64,000 nt of DNA, taken from Rhodospirillales bacterium. Its GTDB lineage: Bacteria; Pseudomonadota; Alphaproteobacteria; Bin95. Of this stretch, positions 22,181-32,695 are shown piece by piece. Under the pieces are notes generated by a model. The model was not told the origin of the DNA. It made no database searches and worked only from the letters and a program-made list of their open reading frames with translations. The stretch lies in assembly GCA_038143065.1 (NCBI GenBank), contig JAYQLI010000035.1, forward strand, positions 1,600,894 through 1,664,893, given 5' to 3'. The stretch's first letter is position 1. The number at the start of each line of letters is the position of its first letter. The position numbers were made by a program, and so were the translations under genes.

Positions 22181-23314
22181 ATGGATTTTGAGCTGTCGGA
22201 AGATCAAGTTCTGCTTCAAGAAAGCGTGCAACGGTTCGTGCAAGATAATTACTCGTTCGACCAGCGCCGCAAATTGGTTGATACCGATAGAGGCTTCTCA
22301 GATGCTCATTGGAAACAATTTGCCGAACTTGGCTGGTTAGGCATGGCCTTTCCAGAGGAGGTGGGAGGTTATGGCGGCACACCCGTAGAAACAATGATCG
22401 TTTTGGAAGAATTCGGGAAAGGGCTTGTTGTAGAGCCATTCATTTCAACCGTTGTTCTCGGTGGCGGTGCAATAGTTGCTGGGGGTTCAAACAGTCAAAA
22501 ACAAGAGATCGTAGGCCAGATCGCCGAAGGAGAGTTAAAGTTGGCTCTGGCGTTTGCTGAACGTCAATCTCGCTACAATCTCGCAGATGTAGAAACCAAA
22601 GCTGAAGCATCTGGCAATGACTACATTCTTTCCGGAGCCAAAAGCGTTGTTTTTGGGGCGCCGTCAGCTGACAAATTCATTGTATCCACCCGTACTAGTG
22701 GGGGATCTCGTGAAGAATTGGGAATCTCTCTCTTTTTAGTAGACGCAAATGCTGATGGTGTTTCCGTTAGGAATTATCCAACAGTAGATGGACTTCGCGC
22801 TGGAGAGTTGACTTTAAGCGGTGTCAAAGTTCCCAATAGCTCAATGGTCGGTGCTAAGGACCATGGTTTTAGCATTCTAGATAAGGTAATTGACCACGCC
22901 ATCGCAGCCACGGCAGCAGAAGCAACTGGCGCCATGAGTGCGCTGAATGATATGACACTGGAATACATCAAAACACGAGAACAGTTCGGTCAACCGATTG
23001 GAAAATTCCAGGTTCTACAGCATCGAATGGTTGACATGTTCATCGCTCATGAGGAAGCAAAGTCGATGGCCATGATGGTAGCGATGCGCGTCTCTGATGA
23101 AGATGAGAACGAACGCCGAAAGGCAGCGAGTGCCTGTAAAGTTCAAATTGCCAAGTCGTGTCGCTTCGTTGGCCAACAAGCAATCCAGCTCCATGGTGGC
23201 ATCGGCATGACTGATGAATATGCTGCTGGATATTACTTCAAACGCCTTACAATGATTGACCGCAGCTTTGGTGACGGTGATTTTCATCTGGCACGTTTTG
23301 GTCAGCTCAGTTAA
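22181..23314 (+). CDS. Acyl-CoA dehydrogenase family, PimD-like small subunit
   Basis: MDFELSEDQ, WKQFAELGWLG, REQFGQPIGKFQVLQHRMVDM, AIQLHGGIGMTDEY, FGDGDFHL. Confidence 0.9.
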   Translation: MDFELSEDQVLLQESVQRFVQDNYSFDQRRKLVDTDRGFSDAHWKQFAELGWLGMAFPEEVGGYGGTPVETMIVLEEFGKGLVVEPFISTVVLGGGAIVAGGSNSQKQEIVGQIAEGELKLALAFAERQSRYNLADVETKAEASGNDYILSGAKSVVFGAPSADKFIVSTRTSGGSREELGISLFLVDANADGVSVRNYPTVDGLRAGELTLSGVKVPNSSMVGAKDHGFSILDKVIDHAIAATAAEATGAMSALNDMTLEYIKTREQFGQPIGKFQVLQHRMVDMFIAHEEAKSMAMMVAMRVSDEDENERRKAASACKVQIAKSCRFVGQQAIQLHGGIGMTDEYAAGYYFKRLTMIDRSFGDGDFHLARFGQLS

Positions 23315-23356
23315 CCGGCATTAAATACGTAAGTCGACCGCCAAGGGGATCGAATA

Positions 23357-24202
23357 ATGTTAAAAAGTATTGTTGTTGCGTTGGATGGCTCCAACTCAAG
23401 CGCAAATGCCCAAGACCTAGCTATAGAAGTGGGCAAAAGAACTGGTGCAGAACTAATTGGCTTAGGTGTGTTAGATGTGCCTTGGATCACGGCTCCTCGG
23501 GCTACACCAATCGGCGGTGGAACATTCCAGGCTCACAGAAACGAAGCTCTTTTAGAACAAGGTCGTGACACTATTCGCGATCGGATTACATCGTTTCATG
23601 AAAAGTGTGGCGCTGCGAAAGTGGATTGCAGTGCAATTGGTGCTGAAGGTGATCCTGTTGAACAAATCGATCAGGAAGCCGATCGCCATGATATGATAAT
23701 CATAGGCCGGCAAACCAATTTTCATGGCGGTGAGGATCATGAGATTGGGGAAACTGTTGAAAAACTGCTGAAAGATACTCCTAGACCTCTAATGATTGCG
23801 CCTGAGGATATGGCCTCGGGAGCTGACGCAAATAAGGTAGTAGTCGCATTCGATGGAAGTGTTACCGCTTCTCGAGCAATGCATATGTTTGTATTGCTGG
23901 GCCTAGCTGAAGGGCGAGAAGTCCATGTAGTATCTATTGATGAAGACCCTGGCAAAGCTCAAGGCCTCGCTGAACGATCAGTGGCACTTTTCCGAAGTTA
24001 TGGGATTAAAGCAGAAGCAAACGGGCTTGCACACAACGGCTCAAATTCCTCAGCTATTCTGGGAGCGGTAGCAGGACTCAATGCCGGACGGCTGGTTATG
24101 GGAGCGCTCGGCCATGAAGGATTCCTTCGACGGGCCTTAATGGGCTCCACTACTAGAGAACTCATCCACGAAGCTAACGTTCCTATTTTTGTGCACCACT
24201 GA
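23357..24202 (+). CDS. Tandem universal stress protein (UspA x2)
   Basis: KSIVVALDGS, second domain VVVAFDGSVTASRA, LVMGA..GSTTRELI..PIFVHH. Confidence 0.9.
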   Translation: MLKSIVVALDGSNSSANAQDLAIEVGKRTGAELIGLGVLDVPWITAPRATPIGGGTFQAHRNEALLEQGRDTIRDRITSFHEKCGAAKVDCSAIGAEGDPVEQIDQEADRHDMIIIGRQTNFHGGEDHEIGETVEKLLKDTPRPLMIAPEDMASGADANKVVVAFDGSVTASRAMHMFVLLGLAEGREVHVVSIDEDPGKAQGLAERSVALFRSYGIKAEANGLAHNGSNSSAILGAVAGLNAGRLVMGALGHEGFLRRALMGSTTRELIHEANVPIFVHH

Positions 24203-24684
24203 TGCTGATCCGACCCGAACCGTTCGACATCGAAGCCTTTGCCCCATACGGTGAATGTTTTGCTCTACGCGATCTTCAGGGTGATAGACATGACTTTGCC
24301 GCCCAATTGACCAACGGGCGAAGCCATGCGCGACTGAACGTATCTATTAGCAGGTCGAAACCTCAAACCTCGGCAATCAGAGTTGCAGCGTTGGAGCGTC
24401 ATGACCATTCTGCTCAAGCATTCGCTCCAATTGTTGTTAGCCGCTGGCTTGTAGCAATTGCGCCAAATACTTCCGAAGGTGACCCTGACTTCAGTCGACT
24501 ACGTGCATTTGTGATGGATGAAAATTTAGGCATTTGCTATCGCCCCAATGTTTGGCATCACCCTTTTGCTTGCTTCGACACCCCAGCTGAAATGCTCATG
24601 CTACGTTGGGATGATCAGACTGAATCAGATACAACCTGGGCGAAAACCCCAAGCGGTTCTGAAATACAAATTTCTCTGCCCTGA
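24202..24684 (+). CDS. allA: Ureidoglycolate lyase (AllA-like cupin)
   Basis: EAFAPYG, LERHDHSAQAFAP, CYRPNVWHHP; TGATG overlap with the USP gene. Confidence 0.75.
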   Translation: MLIRPEPFDIEAFAPYGECFALRDLQGDRHDFAAQLTNGRSHARLNVSISRSKPQTSAIRVAALERHDHSAQAFAPIVVSRWLVAIAPNTSEGDPDFSRLRAFVMDENLGICYRPNVWHHPFACFDTPAEMLMLRWDDQTESDTTWAKTPSGSEIQISLP

Positions 24685-24723
24685 AACAGGGTCAGCATCA
24701 ATTAATCTTGTAGGAGTTTTTTT

Positions 24724-25791
24724 ATGCCCAAGCTTCGTATTGCTGTGTTGCCTGGTGACGGAATAGGTAAAGAAGTTGTACCTGAGGGCATTAAGGTTCT
24801 AGAGGCTGTAGGACGAAAATTTAATATTAATTTTAAATTTGATGAATATGATTGGTCATGTGAAAATTTTGCAGCGACCGGCCGACTGATGCCCGAGGAC
24901 GGGATAGAGATGATTAGGCCAACAGATGCAATTTTCTTAGGCGCTGTTGGTTGGCCTACCGTACCCGACCACGTGTCTCTATGGGATATGCTAATCCCTA
25001 TCAGGCGAGAATTTGAGCAATATGCGAACCTCAGGCCGTGCAGCATGTTTCCTGGCACAACAACGCCTTTAGCAAACAGGGATCCAGAGGATATCGATTT
25101 TTTCGTGGTACGAGAAAATTGTGAAGGCGAATATTCTGAAATTGGCGGACGCCTTTACACTGGAACGGAACACGAGCTAGCCATGCAGGAAGCCGTGTTT
25201 ACTCGAAGAGGGTGTGACAGGATTATTCGTTATGCTTTCGAGCTTGCACGTCGCGAAGGTCGAAAGAAGGTCACAAGCGCCACCAAATCCAATGGCATTA
25301 TTCATACCATGCCCTACTGGGATGAACGCTTTGCTGCCATTGCAGAGGAATACCCTGAAATTGAAACTGATAAGTACCACATCGACATTTTGACAGCACA
25401 CTTTGTGCAACACCCTGATTGGTTTGACGTAGTGGTGGGTTCAAACCTTTTTGGCGACATTCTCTCCGATCTTGGCCCAGCCGTTGCTGGTTCAATTGGC
25501 ATAGCTCCCTCATCAAATATCAACCCTGAACGCAATCACCCCTCTATGTTCGAGCCCGTTCATGGTTCCGCTCCGGATATTGCAGGACAAGGCATAGCAA
25601 ATCCGATTGGCCAAATATGGTCTGGAGCGATGATGATGGAACACCTGGGGCACCCAGATGCTGCTCGTGCAATTGAAAAAGCGATTGAAATTGTGCTGAC
25701 AGAAGGTGGGCCACGAACAAAAGATATGGGCGGCAATGCAGGTACCGTTACTGTTGGTGACGCCATCGCTGAGGCTCTAGCTGAAACATGA
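24724..25791 (+). CDS. dmlA: Tartrate dehydrogenase / D-malate dehydrogenase (decarboxylating), TtuC/DmlA family
   Basis: PGDGIGKEV, VPDHVSLW, FVVRENCEGEYS, SATKSNGI, HIDILTAHFV..PDWFDVVV.SNLFGDILSDLGP, FEPVHGSAPDIAG. Confidence 0.92.
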   Translation: MPKLRIAVLPGDGIGKEVVPEGIKVLEAVGRKFNINFKFDEYDWSCENFAATGRLMPEDGIEMIRPTDAIFLGAVGWPTVPDHVSLWDMLIPIRREFEQYANLRPCSMFPGTTTPLANRDPEDIDFFVVRENCEGEYSEIGGRLYTGTEHELAMQEAVFTRRGCDRIIRYAFELARREGRKKVTSATKSNGIIHTMPYWDERFAAIAEEYPEIETDKYHIDILTAHFVQHPDWFDVVVGSNLFGDILSDLGPAVAGSIGIAPSSNINPERNHPSMFEPVHGSAPDIAGQGIANPIGQIWSGAMMMEHLGHPDAARAIEKAIEIVLTEGGPRTKDMGGNAGTVTVGDAIAEALAET

Positions 25792-26237
25792 CGCGCTACG
25801 CGCCGCACTGGTTTGAAGACTTTGAAGCAGGCCAGACCTTCGAGACCGCAAAGTACACATTTACCGAAGGGTCTATTGCCGATTTTGAATTAATGTGGGA
25901 CCCCCAACCATTCCACTTAGACCAGGAATACGCGAAGGCATCAATTTACGGCAGTGTTATTGCAAGTGGCTTTCACACTCAACTGATTGCTTTCAGGCTG
26001 GCCTTTCAATCAGGAGTGTTTGGTCACAATCGGGGCGGGCGCGGGCTGGATGAGCTCCGTTGGCATAAACCTGTTATAGCGGGAGACACTATTATGGTGC
26101 GGTTTAGCATTCATAACACTAAACCCGCTCGAACTTCTGGCCATGTGGTCGTCGATTATGAGGTCTTTAATCAAAACAACGACAAAGTCATGACTGCGAG
26201 GCTAAACTATGTTGTGGCCAAGCGCCCAGAACCTTAA
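25788..26237 (+). CDS. MaoC-family (hot-dog) dehydratase
   Basis: FEDFEAG, WDPQPFHLD, IASGFHT, LRWHKPV.AGD. Confidence 0.85.
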   Translation: MTRYAPHWFEDFEAGQTFETAKYTFTEGSIADFELMWDPQPFHLDQEYAKASIYGSVIASGFHTQLIAFRLAFQSGVFGHNRGGRGLDELRWHKPVIAGDTIMVRFSIHNTKPARTSGHVVVDYEVFNQNNDKVMTARLNYVVAKRPEP

Positions 26238-26349
26238 TCCTCTGGAGACGTCGAAACCTGCAACAGGGTCTCGATTCAAGCAACTTAAAACACTAAAAAA
26301 GTTCGACCAATCCATCTTTCAGACAATTTTATAGCAGCGGAAATTTCTC

Positions 26350-27414
26350 ATGTCGGAAACAGAACAGACCATACCAATTACCGTAATTACAGGGTTCTTG
26401 GGTTCCGGAAAAACTACTCTGCTATCAAAACTTCTTCGCCATCCAGGCATGGATAAAGCCGCCGTGATCATCAATGAGTTTGGTGAGGTAGGTCTCGATC
26501 ATGAACTAGTAGAGAAGTCTGAAGAAGAACCAATTTTGATGGAGTCAGGGTGCCTTTGCTGTACGCTTCGGACGGACCTAGTAGAGACCTTGCATGATCT
26601 CTTTGGCCGTCGCGCAAGGGGCGAGACAATTGAGTTTGATAGAGTTGTGATAGAAACAACCGGACTGGCTGATCCAGCACCTATTGTCCACACGCTTATT
26701 GCCGATCCCCTTGTTGGACGATGCTTTCACCTGGATAGCGTTGTTGCGACCGTCGATGGAGCTAACGGTGGAGGCACGCTCGATGCTCATGAAGAAAGCG
26801 TCCGACAGGCAGCCGTTGCTGACCGTCTTCTAATAACAAAAACAGATATCGCTGACACATCCTCTATTTCAAAACTAGATGAACGCCTTGATCAAATAAA
26901 TCCTGGCGCTGATAGATTTAAAGTTATTAATGGCGAGATTGAGCCAGGACGTCTCTTTGGAGCGGGGCTTTATGATCCAATGACTAAAACGGCAGACGTT
27001 CAAAGGTGGTTAAACGAAGAGGCTTATAGTGATGAAAATGGCAAAGAGCATGGACATCACCACGACCACGACCACGACCACCATAGTCATGATCATGATC
27101 ATCATGACGGTATCCACGCATTTTGTATTTACAAAGAAGAACCTCTTCCCTGGGAAAGCTGGGTGGGCTTTCTTCAATCATTGATCGACGCGCGTGGCGC
27201 TGACATGCTGCGTATAAAAGGTATCCTTAATGTAGACGGTTTAGAACAGCCTGTAGCAGTTCATGGTGTTCAGCACGTGTTTCATCCTCCAGCCATATTG
27301 GAAAAATGGCCATCAGTAGATCGTCGTTCTCGTTTGGTTTTTATTGCCAAAGATGTACCAGAGCAGGTGATCAAAACAATGCTTGGAAGTTGGGGACAAA
27401 AAGAAAAGGTCTGA
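26350..27414 (+). CDS. COG0523/CobW-family G3E GTPase metallochaperone
   Basis: TGFLGSGKTT, INEFGE, GCLCC metal motif, IETTGLADP, His-rich linker, RIKGIL, RSRLVFI. Confidence 0.93.
   Translation: MSETEQTIPITVITGFLGSGKTTLLSKLLRHPGMDKAAVIINEFGEVGLDHELVEKSEEEPILMESGCLCCTLRTDLVETLHDLFGRRARGETIEFDRVVIETTGLADPAPIVHTLIADPLVGRCFHLDSVVATVDGANGGGTLDAHEESVRQAAVADRLLITKTDIADTSSISKLDERLDQINPGADRFKVINGEIEPGRLFGAGLYDPMTKTADVQRWLNEEAYSDENGKEHGHHHDHDHDHHSHDHDHHDGIHAFCIYKEEPLPWESWVGFLQSLIDARGADMLRIKGILNVDGLEQPVAVHGVQHVFHPPAILEKWPSVDRRSRLVFIAKDVPEQVIKTMLGSWGQKEKV
27049..27110 (+). repeat. His/Asp-coding low-complexity microrepeat (CACGAC x3, CATGAT repeats) in the COG0523 linker
   Basis: Encodes HGHHHDHDHDHHSHDHDHHD. 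Confidence 0.7.
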
Positions 27415-27418
27415 AGCT

Positions 27419-28523
27419 ATGAAAATTGTTCGTGCTGATACGCATTGGATAGCCGTCCCCTTTGAACACGGTGGACCATCGAATACCGGCTTTGGAGGCA
27501 GGCCTTGGGCAAATATGCAAACCCTTATTGTCGAAATCGAGACGGATAATGGCCTTGTTGGCCATGGGGAAATTTTTGGACACAACGGCATTCCCTCTGC
27601 ACTCGCTGCATTCGAACATCAAATCAAACCCTTCATTCTAGGAGAGACGCTAGCGCTATTGCGCCCTTAATGCTGGAACTTCAGAAGGTTAATCATAACT
27701 TTGGGCGCTACGGACAAACACTCTTTGCCATATCCGGTGTAGATATTGCTCTTTGGGATATCGCTGGAAAAGCAGCAAATATGCCTTTATGGCAACTGCT
27801 TGGCGGATCTACTGAAGAGAGCGTGCCTGCTTATTCAAGTCTTATGCGTTTTGGTGATCCCGAATTTGTGGAACAACGTTCAGCAGACTCCGTTGCTTTA
27901 GGGTATAAACACGTAAAATTGCATGAACGGACCCCTGAGGCGGTTGAAGCAGCACGTAGAGGGGTGGTCCCGATTTTAAAATAATGGTTGATGTGAACTG
28001 TCCCTGGAACGTAGCAGAAGCCATAGAGATCGGAGACGCGATGTCTGAACATGGAGTTTACTGGCTTGAAGAACCAGTTTGGCCACCAGAAAACTTTGAT
28101 GGATTAGCCGAAGTCCGCAACAATGGCGTTTGCAATGTAGCTGCTGGCGAAAATGCATCGACAGCTTGGGAATTTCAACAAATGATGCAGGCGGGTGCTG
28201 TTGATTGGGCACAACCAAGTGTATCTAAAGTTGGTGGCATCACGGAATTTCTAAAAGTATGCAAGCTGGCTGAAATGCATAACATCGGTATCGCCGCGCA
28301 CTCACCCTATTTTGGCCCTGGCTACATCGCAACTATGCACCTCTTAGCTGCTTACACTGGGCAAAAGGCTCCTCTTGAGCGCCTTTTTGGTACACTGGAA
28401 GCAACACTTTACCCTGGACTAACCGAACCAGGATTGGACGGACGTATACGCCTCCCCCTTGGCGCAGGTCTTGGCCAAGAGCCTAGCAAAGAAGTGATAA
28501 AGGAGTATCGTGTCAAAGCATGA
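27419..28523 (+). CDS. Mandelate racemase/muconate lactonizing enzyme (enolase superfamily); two frameshifts (~27642, ~27962)
   Basis: [56 protein letters not shown] spread across three consecutive ORFs. Confidence 0.88.
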
Positions 28524-28553
28524 CCAATCTTCAAACAGAGACTCCCCAGCTCA

Positions 28554-29824
28554 TTAAGTCTCTTCAACCTCCTGGCGGAGTCTTAAAACCAAGGAAGGGC
28601 TAACCTTGCCATCCTCGAAGACTCCTATTTTCCGTTGATATTCTATAACCGCTTCTTGAGTTGCACTAAGGTCATCAAAATCTCCGTCGATTGGTCCAGA
28701 ATAAAGTCTTAAAGATTTTAGATAGCGCCGCGCCAATATTAACTGGAAACGTTCTTCACGTTTGGACCAATCCCAAAAATCCGGATCTAATTTTTCTGCC
28801 TCTGCAAGATCTGTTCGCGCCTCTTGAAGACGACCCAATTGCCAATAAACGAAAGCCCTGCTGTCTAGCGCCGGAAATGTTTTGGGTCAGCTAGTATTGC
28901 CTTATCACAGTCAGATAGCGCACCCTCAGGATCGGGCTGCAAGGCCTTTACCCAGGACCTTGCATTAAGCGCATCAGCCTCCTCAGGAACTATTTGAACA
29001 AACTTATTTGCCGCTGCAAGAGCTTCCCCAAATTGTCCTGCTTCCGTATGAGCTACTGAAGCAGCATCCGCCGCTTCTCTTGCATTCGGAGCAAGCTCAA
29101 GCGCCCATGCTGCATCAGCAGCAGCCCGGTTGTATACGCGTTGTCGCATGTAAATATGGGTCCGAAGAAGATAACCCCCAACCAATTCTGGCTCTTGTTT
29201 TAAGGCCTCACGAATATCAGTCAGAGCCTTGTCGGCCTGACCTAATGAAAAAGAAACTGTCGCGCGCGTCAGCCTAAATTGGGCAACTTCTGGAGATAAT
29301 TCTACCGCCTGCTCTAGGTCACCTAATGCGAAAGTTAATTGATTTCGACGAATGTAAATTTCAGCCCTGAAGGCATAAGCGCCCGCATTACCTCGGTCGA
29401 GGTCTATTGCTGTCGAAACATCTGCAATTGCTGACTGCCAATCCTCAAGCGCCATGAAGGCTCCGGCACGAACTAAAAAAGCCTGCGGAAAATCACGTTT
29501 TAGATTTATGGCTTCTGAAGCTGCATCAATAGAGGCCTGGGGCTCTCCAATGCGACGCAGAGCTTCAGCGCGTCCCATATTTGCGAAGGCCCGTGCATCA
29601 TTGCTCAATTCTGTAATAGCCAACAGTGAGTCGCAGGCTGAGAGATGCTCTGAAGGAATAGCAGGTGGGCGAACAATACAAAGTTCAACTATTTCTGCTC
29701 GTTCAAGCTTTGTATCAGAAAATGCTTCAGTAGCTGCTGTAAGTTTTTGGGATGAGAGCCCTAGAACTATACTGAGTAAAATTGCAACGCTACGGACCAT
29801 GCGCCAAAATCCTTTAAACTCCAT
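28554..29824 (-). CDS. Exported TPR-repeat protein with a C-terminal peptidoglycan-binding-like domain; one frameshift at ~28875
   Basis: Signal peptide, repeated A..D...AI.L.P TPR units, reconstructed HFPALDSRAFVYWQLG; C-terminal YSGPIDG..ATQEAVIEYQRKIGVFEDG resembles PG_binding_1. Confidence 0.75.
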
Positions 29825-29940
29825 TTACAATGAAATGTGGTGTCTATCATGATAGTTCCAGTCCAACTGTGATCAAAGATTACAACTTGACCAAATCCTA
29901 AGGACGCGAAACGTTATGCATTCTGGTTTAGGAGAAATTT

Positions 29941-31337
29941 ATGACTAACGATCCAGCCTTTCTGCCCGCACACTTACTATCGACAGCCTTCGATGCGGGT
30001 GAACTTAGTCCATCAGAGGTTCTTGAGGCGCAACTGAGTCGTATTGAACGGCATGGGGAAAACTTGCTGCGTTTACGGAAGTATACGCAGATGACGCTAG
30101 ACAGGCAGCTGCTAGCGCAACCGATGCCATAAGACGCGGCTGGCGGATTGGACCTCTGCACGGCGTAACGATCGCACTTAAAGACCTCTGCGAGATCAAA
30201 GGCCGGGAAACAAAGGGAGGCACTGCAGCAAATGCTGGTCGGATAAGTACCTATACCGCAACAATTGCTGAACGGGCTCTGGCAGCTGGCATGATTATTA
30301 TTGGCAAGACCCATACCGTTGAATTTGCAATGGGGGGATGGGGATCAAACCAGCGTCTTGGAACACCCTGGAACCCTTGGGATGCAAACATTCATCGCGC
30401 CCCAGGCGGTTCTTCTTCGGGATCAGGCGTTGCGGTTGCGGCTGGATTAACCACGATGGCTATTGGAACGGACACTGGTGGCAGTGTGCGCCTACCTGCT
30501 GCTTGGAATGGTCATTTCGGATTAAAAACTTCCTTGGGCCGTTTTAGTGTGCATGGCGTTCTACCACTTGCAGAGAGCCTGGATACACCCGGCCCAATGA
30601 CTAGGTCTTCTGAAGACGCTGCTTTACTATACAATGCGCTGCAAGGGCCAGATCCAAACGATCTATTAACTTATCGTCCTCCGTATCGTGATCCCCTCCC
30701 CGAATTGAAGCTTGGGTTAGAAGGCCTTCGCGTAGGCATCATGCCAGACTGCGATCGTGATGGTGTAAATCCCGAAATTTTAGATGCCTACGATGCTGCA
30801 TTGAAAATATGTGAAACCTCCGGAGCTCAGTTGGTTCAAATCAAGCTACCTGTTCCAATTAAAGATTTGGCTGGCCCTGTCGGAAATATCATCCATGCCG
30901 AGGGATATGCTCACTACAGCCACTTAGTGGATGATCCTGCTTCACCTCTTGATGAAGATGTTCGGGCTCGACTTGCAAGTGCTAAAAACTCCTCTGCAAG
31001 GGATTACGTTTTAGCGAAACGAGAGCAGCAAAAATTGATCAAAGCTTTTCATCAAGCTGCTGCAAAGGTTGATGTAGTTCTTACCCCAACAACTTCGGAA
31101 CCTGCACCTGTAGTGACTGAGATAGATCAAACAGCTACACCCGCACTTTTCACCAGAGCTGTTAACATGGCGGAAATGTGTGCATGCGCTGTACCTATTG
31201 GCTTCTCATCTGGAGGGCTACCACTTTCTGCTCAATTCGTGGCTGCTTATGGCTCTGAGCCATTAGCTCTGCGAGCTGCGTGGGGTTACGAAAAAGCTTC
31301 GGGCTGGAGCATCCAAACACCAGAGGGCTTTAAATGA
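29941..31337 (+). CDS. Amidase-signature family enzyme; one frameshift at ~30056-30062
   Basis: Reconstructed GPLHGVTIALKD, GKTHTVEFA, PGGSSSGS, GTDTGGSVRLPA (Ser-cisSer-Lys triad). Confidence 0.9.
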
Positions 31338-32677
31338 CGCGCCAAATACATCTCGTTGCTTTCATGCAAGCACAGAATTGCACGACCATACCTGCGGCCT
31401 GGCGTCATCCAGAAGCGAGGCCTGATTTCACATCGGCCGCCTACTTTCAGCATATTGCGCAGGTTTTAGAGCATGGGAAATTTGATGTTGCCTTTTTTGA
31501 TGACCGATTGGCCATGCCAGATATGTATACGGGTGACCATGCCCATACCGTAGAGCACGGGATACGTGCCGTAAAAATGGATGCCGCAACGGTAATGATG
31601 GCCATGGGGATGGGCTGCAAGTATCTGGGCTTGGGAGCCACATATTCAACTACCTACTTTCAACCTTTTCACGTTGCACGTCTCTTCCAATCTGTCGATC
31701 TGATGCTCAATGGCAGAGCAGCATGGAATGTCGTTACTTCGGTTAACGATAACGAAGCCAAAAATATGGGTCTTGATGGCGTCATTGCTCACGATAATCG
31801 CTATGACATGGCCGATGAATTCATGGAAGCCGTGCTTGGCCATTGGGATAGTTGGGATGATAACGCAATCATTCTAGACAAAAATAACGGGGTATTTGCA
31901 AAACCCGGAAGCGTTCGTCGAATTGACCATAAAGGAGAGTATTTCCAAACTCGCGGCCCATTCACTGTTCCTCGTTCGCCGCAAGGTAGACCCGTCATCA
32001 TGCAAGCAGGTGCTAGTGGACGAGGTCAAAAATTCGCTGCACGTTGGGGGGAACTTCTTTTTACTGCACCGCCGCACCTTGCAGCTGCGACAGCGGCTTA
32101 TAACAATCTTAAGTCTGCTGCCGAAGCCAATGGGCGGGATCCAAACAGTATGAAAATAGCCGCGTTAGGGTTTCCTATTGCCGCAGCAACTAAAGCGGAA
32201 GCAGAAGACAAACGGGCTTTCTATGATACGCTACCAAATGAAGTGGATCAGCTATCCCTTCTATCAGAAGCTTTAAACTACGACTTTGGGAATAAAGGTT
32301 TAGACGAACCTTTCACTGATTCTGAAATGGCTAGTGTTTCTGGTATGCAAACTATGAGAGACCGAGTTATTCAGGCTGGCTATCCAAATCCAACACCTCG
32401 TGACTTTATGGAAGTTACACAACGTGGTCGTCTAAACCATGCATGGGTTGGAGGCCCAAAAGAAATAGCTGATATCATGGAAGAATGGTTCACAACGCCG
32501 GCATGTGACGGCTTTGTAATTGGCCCTTCTTGGCTGCCAGGAAGCTTTGAGGATTTTGTTACTCACATAGTTCCAGAGCTTCAACGCAGAGGTCTGTATC
32601 GCAAAGAATATTCTGGCACCACCCTCAGAGACCACCTGGGACTAGCAAAAGCCTCTGTGGGAGACTGGAAACTCTAA
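31334..32677 (+). CDS. NtaA/DszA/DmoA-type luciferase-like flavin-dependent monooxygenase
   Basis: AWRHP, FFDDRLA, STTYFQPFHVAR, GRAAWNVVTS, SPQGRPVIMQAGASGRG, VPELQRRGLYRKEY.GTTLRDHLGL. Confidence 0.92.
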   Translation: MTRQIHLVAFMQAQNCTTIPAAWRHPEARPDFTSAAYFQHIAQVLEHGKFDVAFFDDRLAMPDMYTGDHAHTVEHGIRAVKMDAATVMMAMGMGCKYLGLGATYSTTYFQPFHVARLFQSVDLMLNGRAAWNVVTSVNDNEAKNMGLDGVIAHDNRYDMADEFMEAVLGHWDSWDDNAIILDKNNGVFAKPGSVRRIDHKGEYFQTRGPFTVPRSPQGRPVIMQAGASGRGQKFAARWGELLFTAPPHLAAATAAYNNLKSAAEANGRDPNSMKIAALGFPIAAATKAEAEDKRAFYDTLPNEVDQLSLLSEALNYDFGNKGLDEPFTDSEMASVSGMQTMRDRVIQAGYPNPTPRDFMEVTQRGRLNHAWVGGPKEIADIMEEWFTTPACDGFVIGPSWLPGSFEDFVTHIVPELQRRGLYRKEYSGTTLRDHLGLAKASVGDWKL

Positions 32678-32695
32678 AGACCGTTGTTAACGCGT

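Noticed and set aside
26238-26349. Zur box or cobalamin riboswitch upstream of the COG0523 gene
   Set aside because: No GTTATnnnATAAC-like palindrome or B12-box is visible
27049-27110. CRISPR or contingency repeat
   Set aside because: It is an in-frame His-Asp coding tract typical of COG0523 linkers
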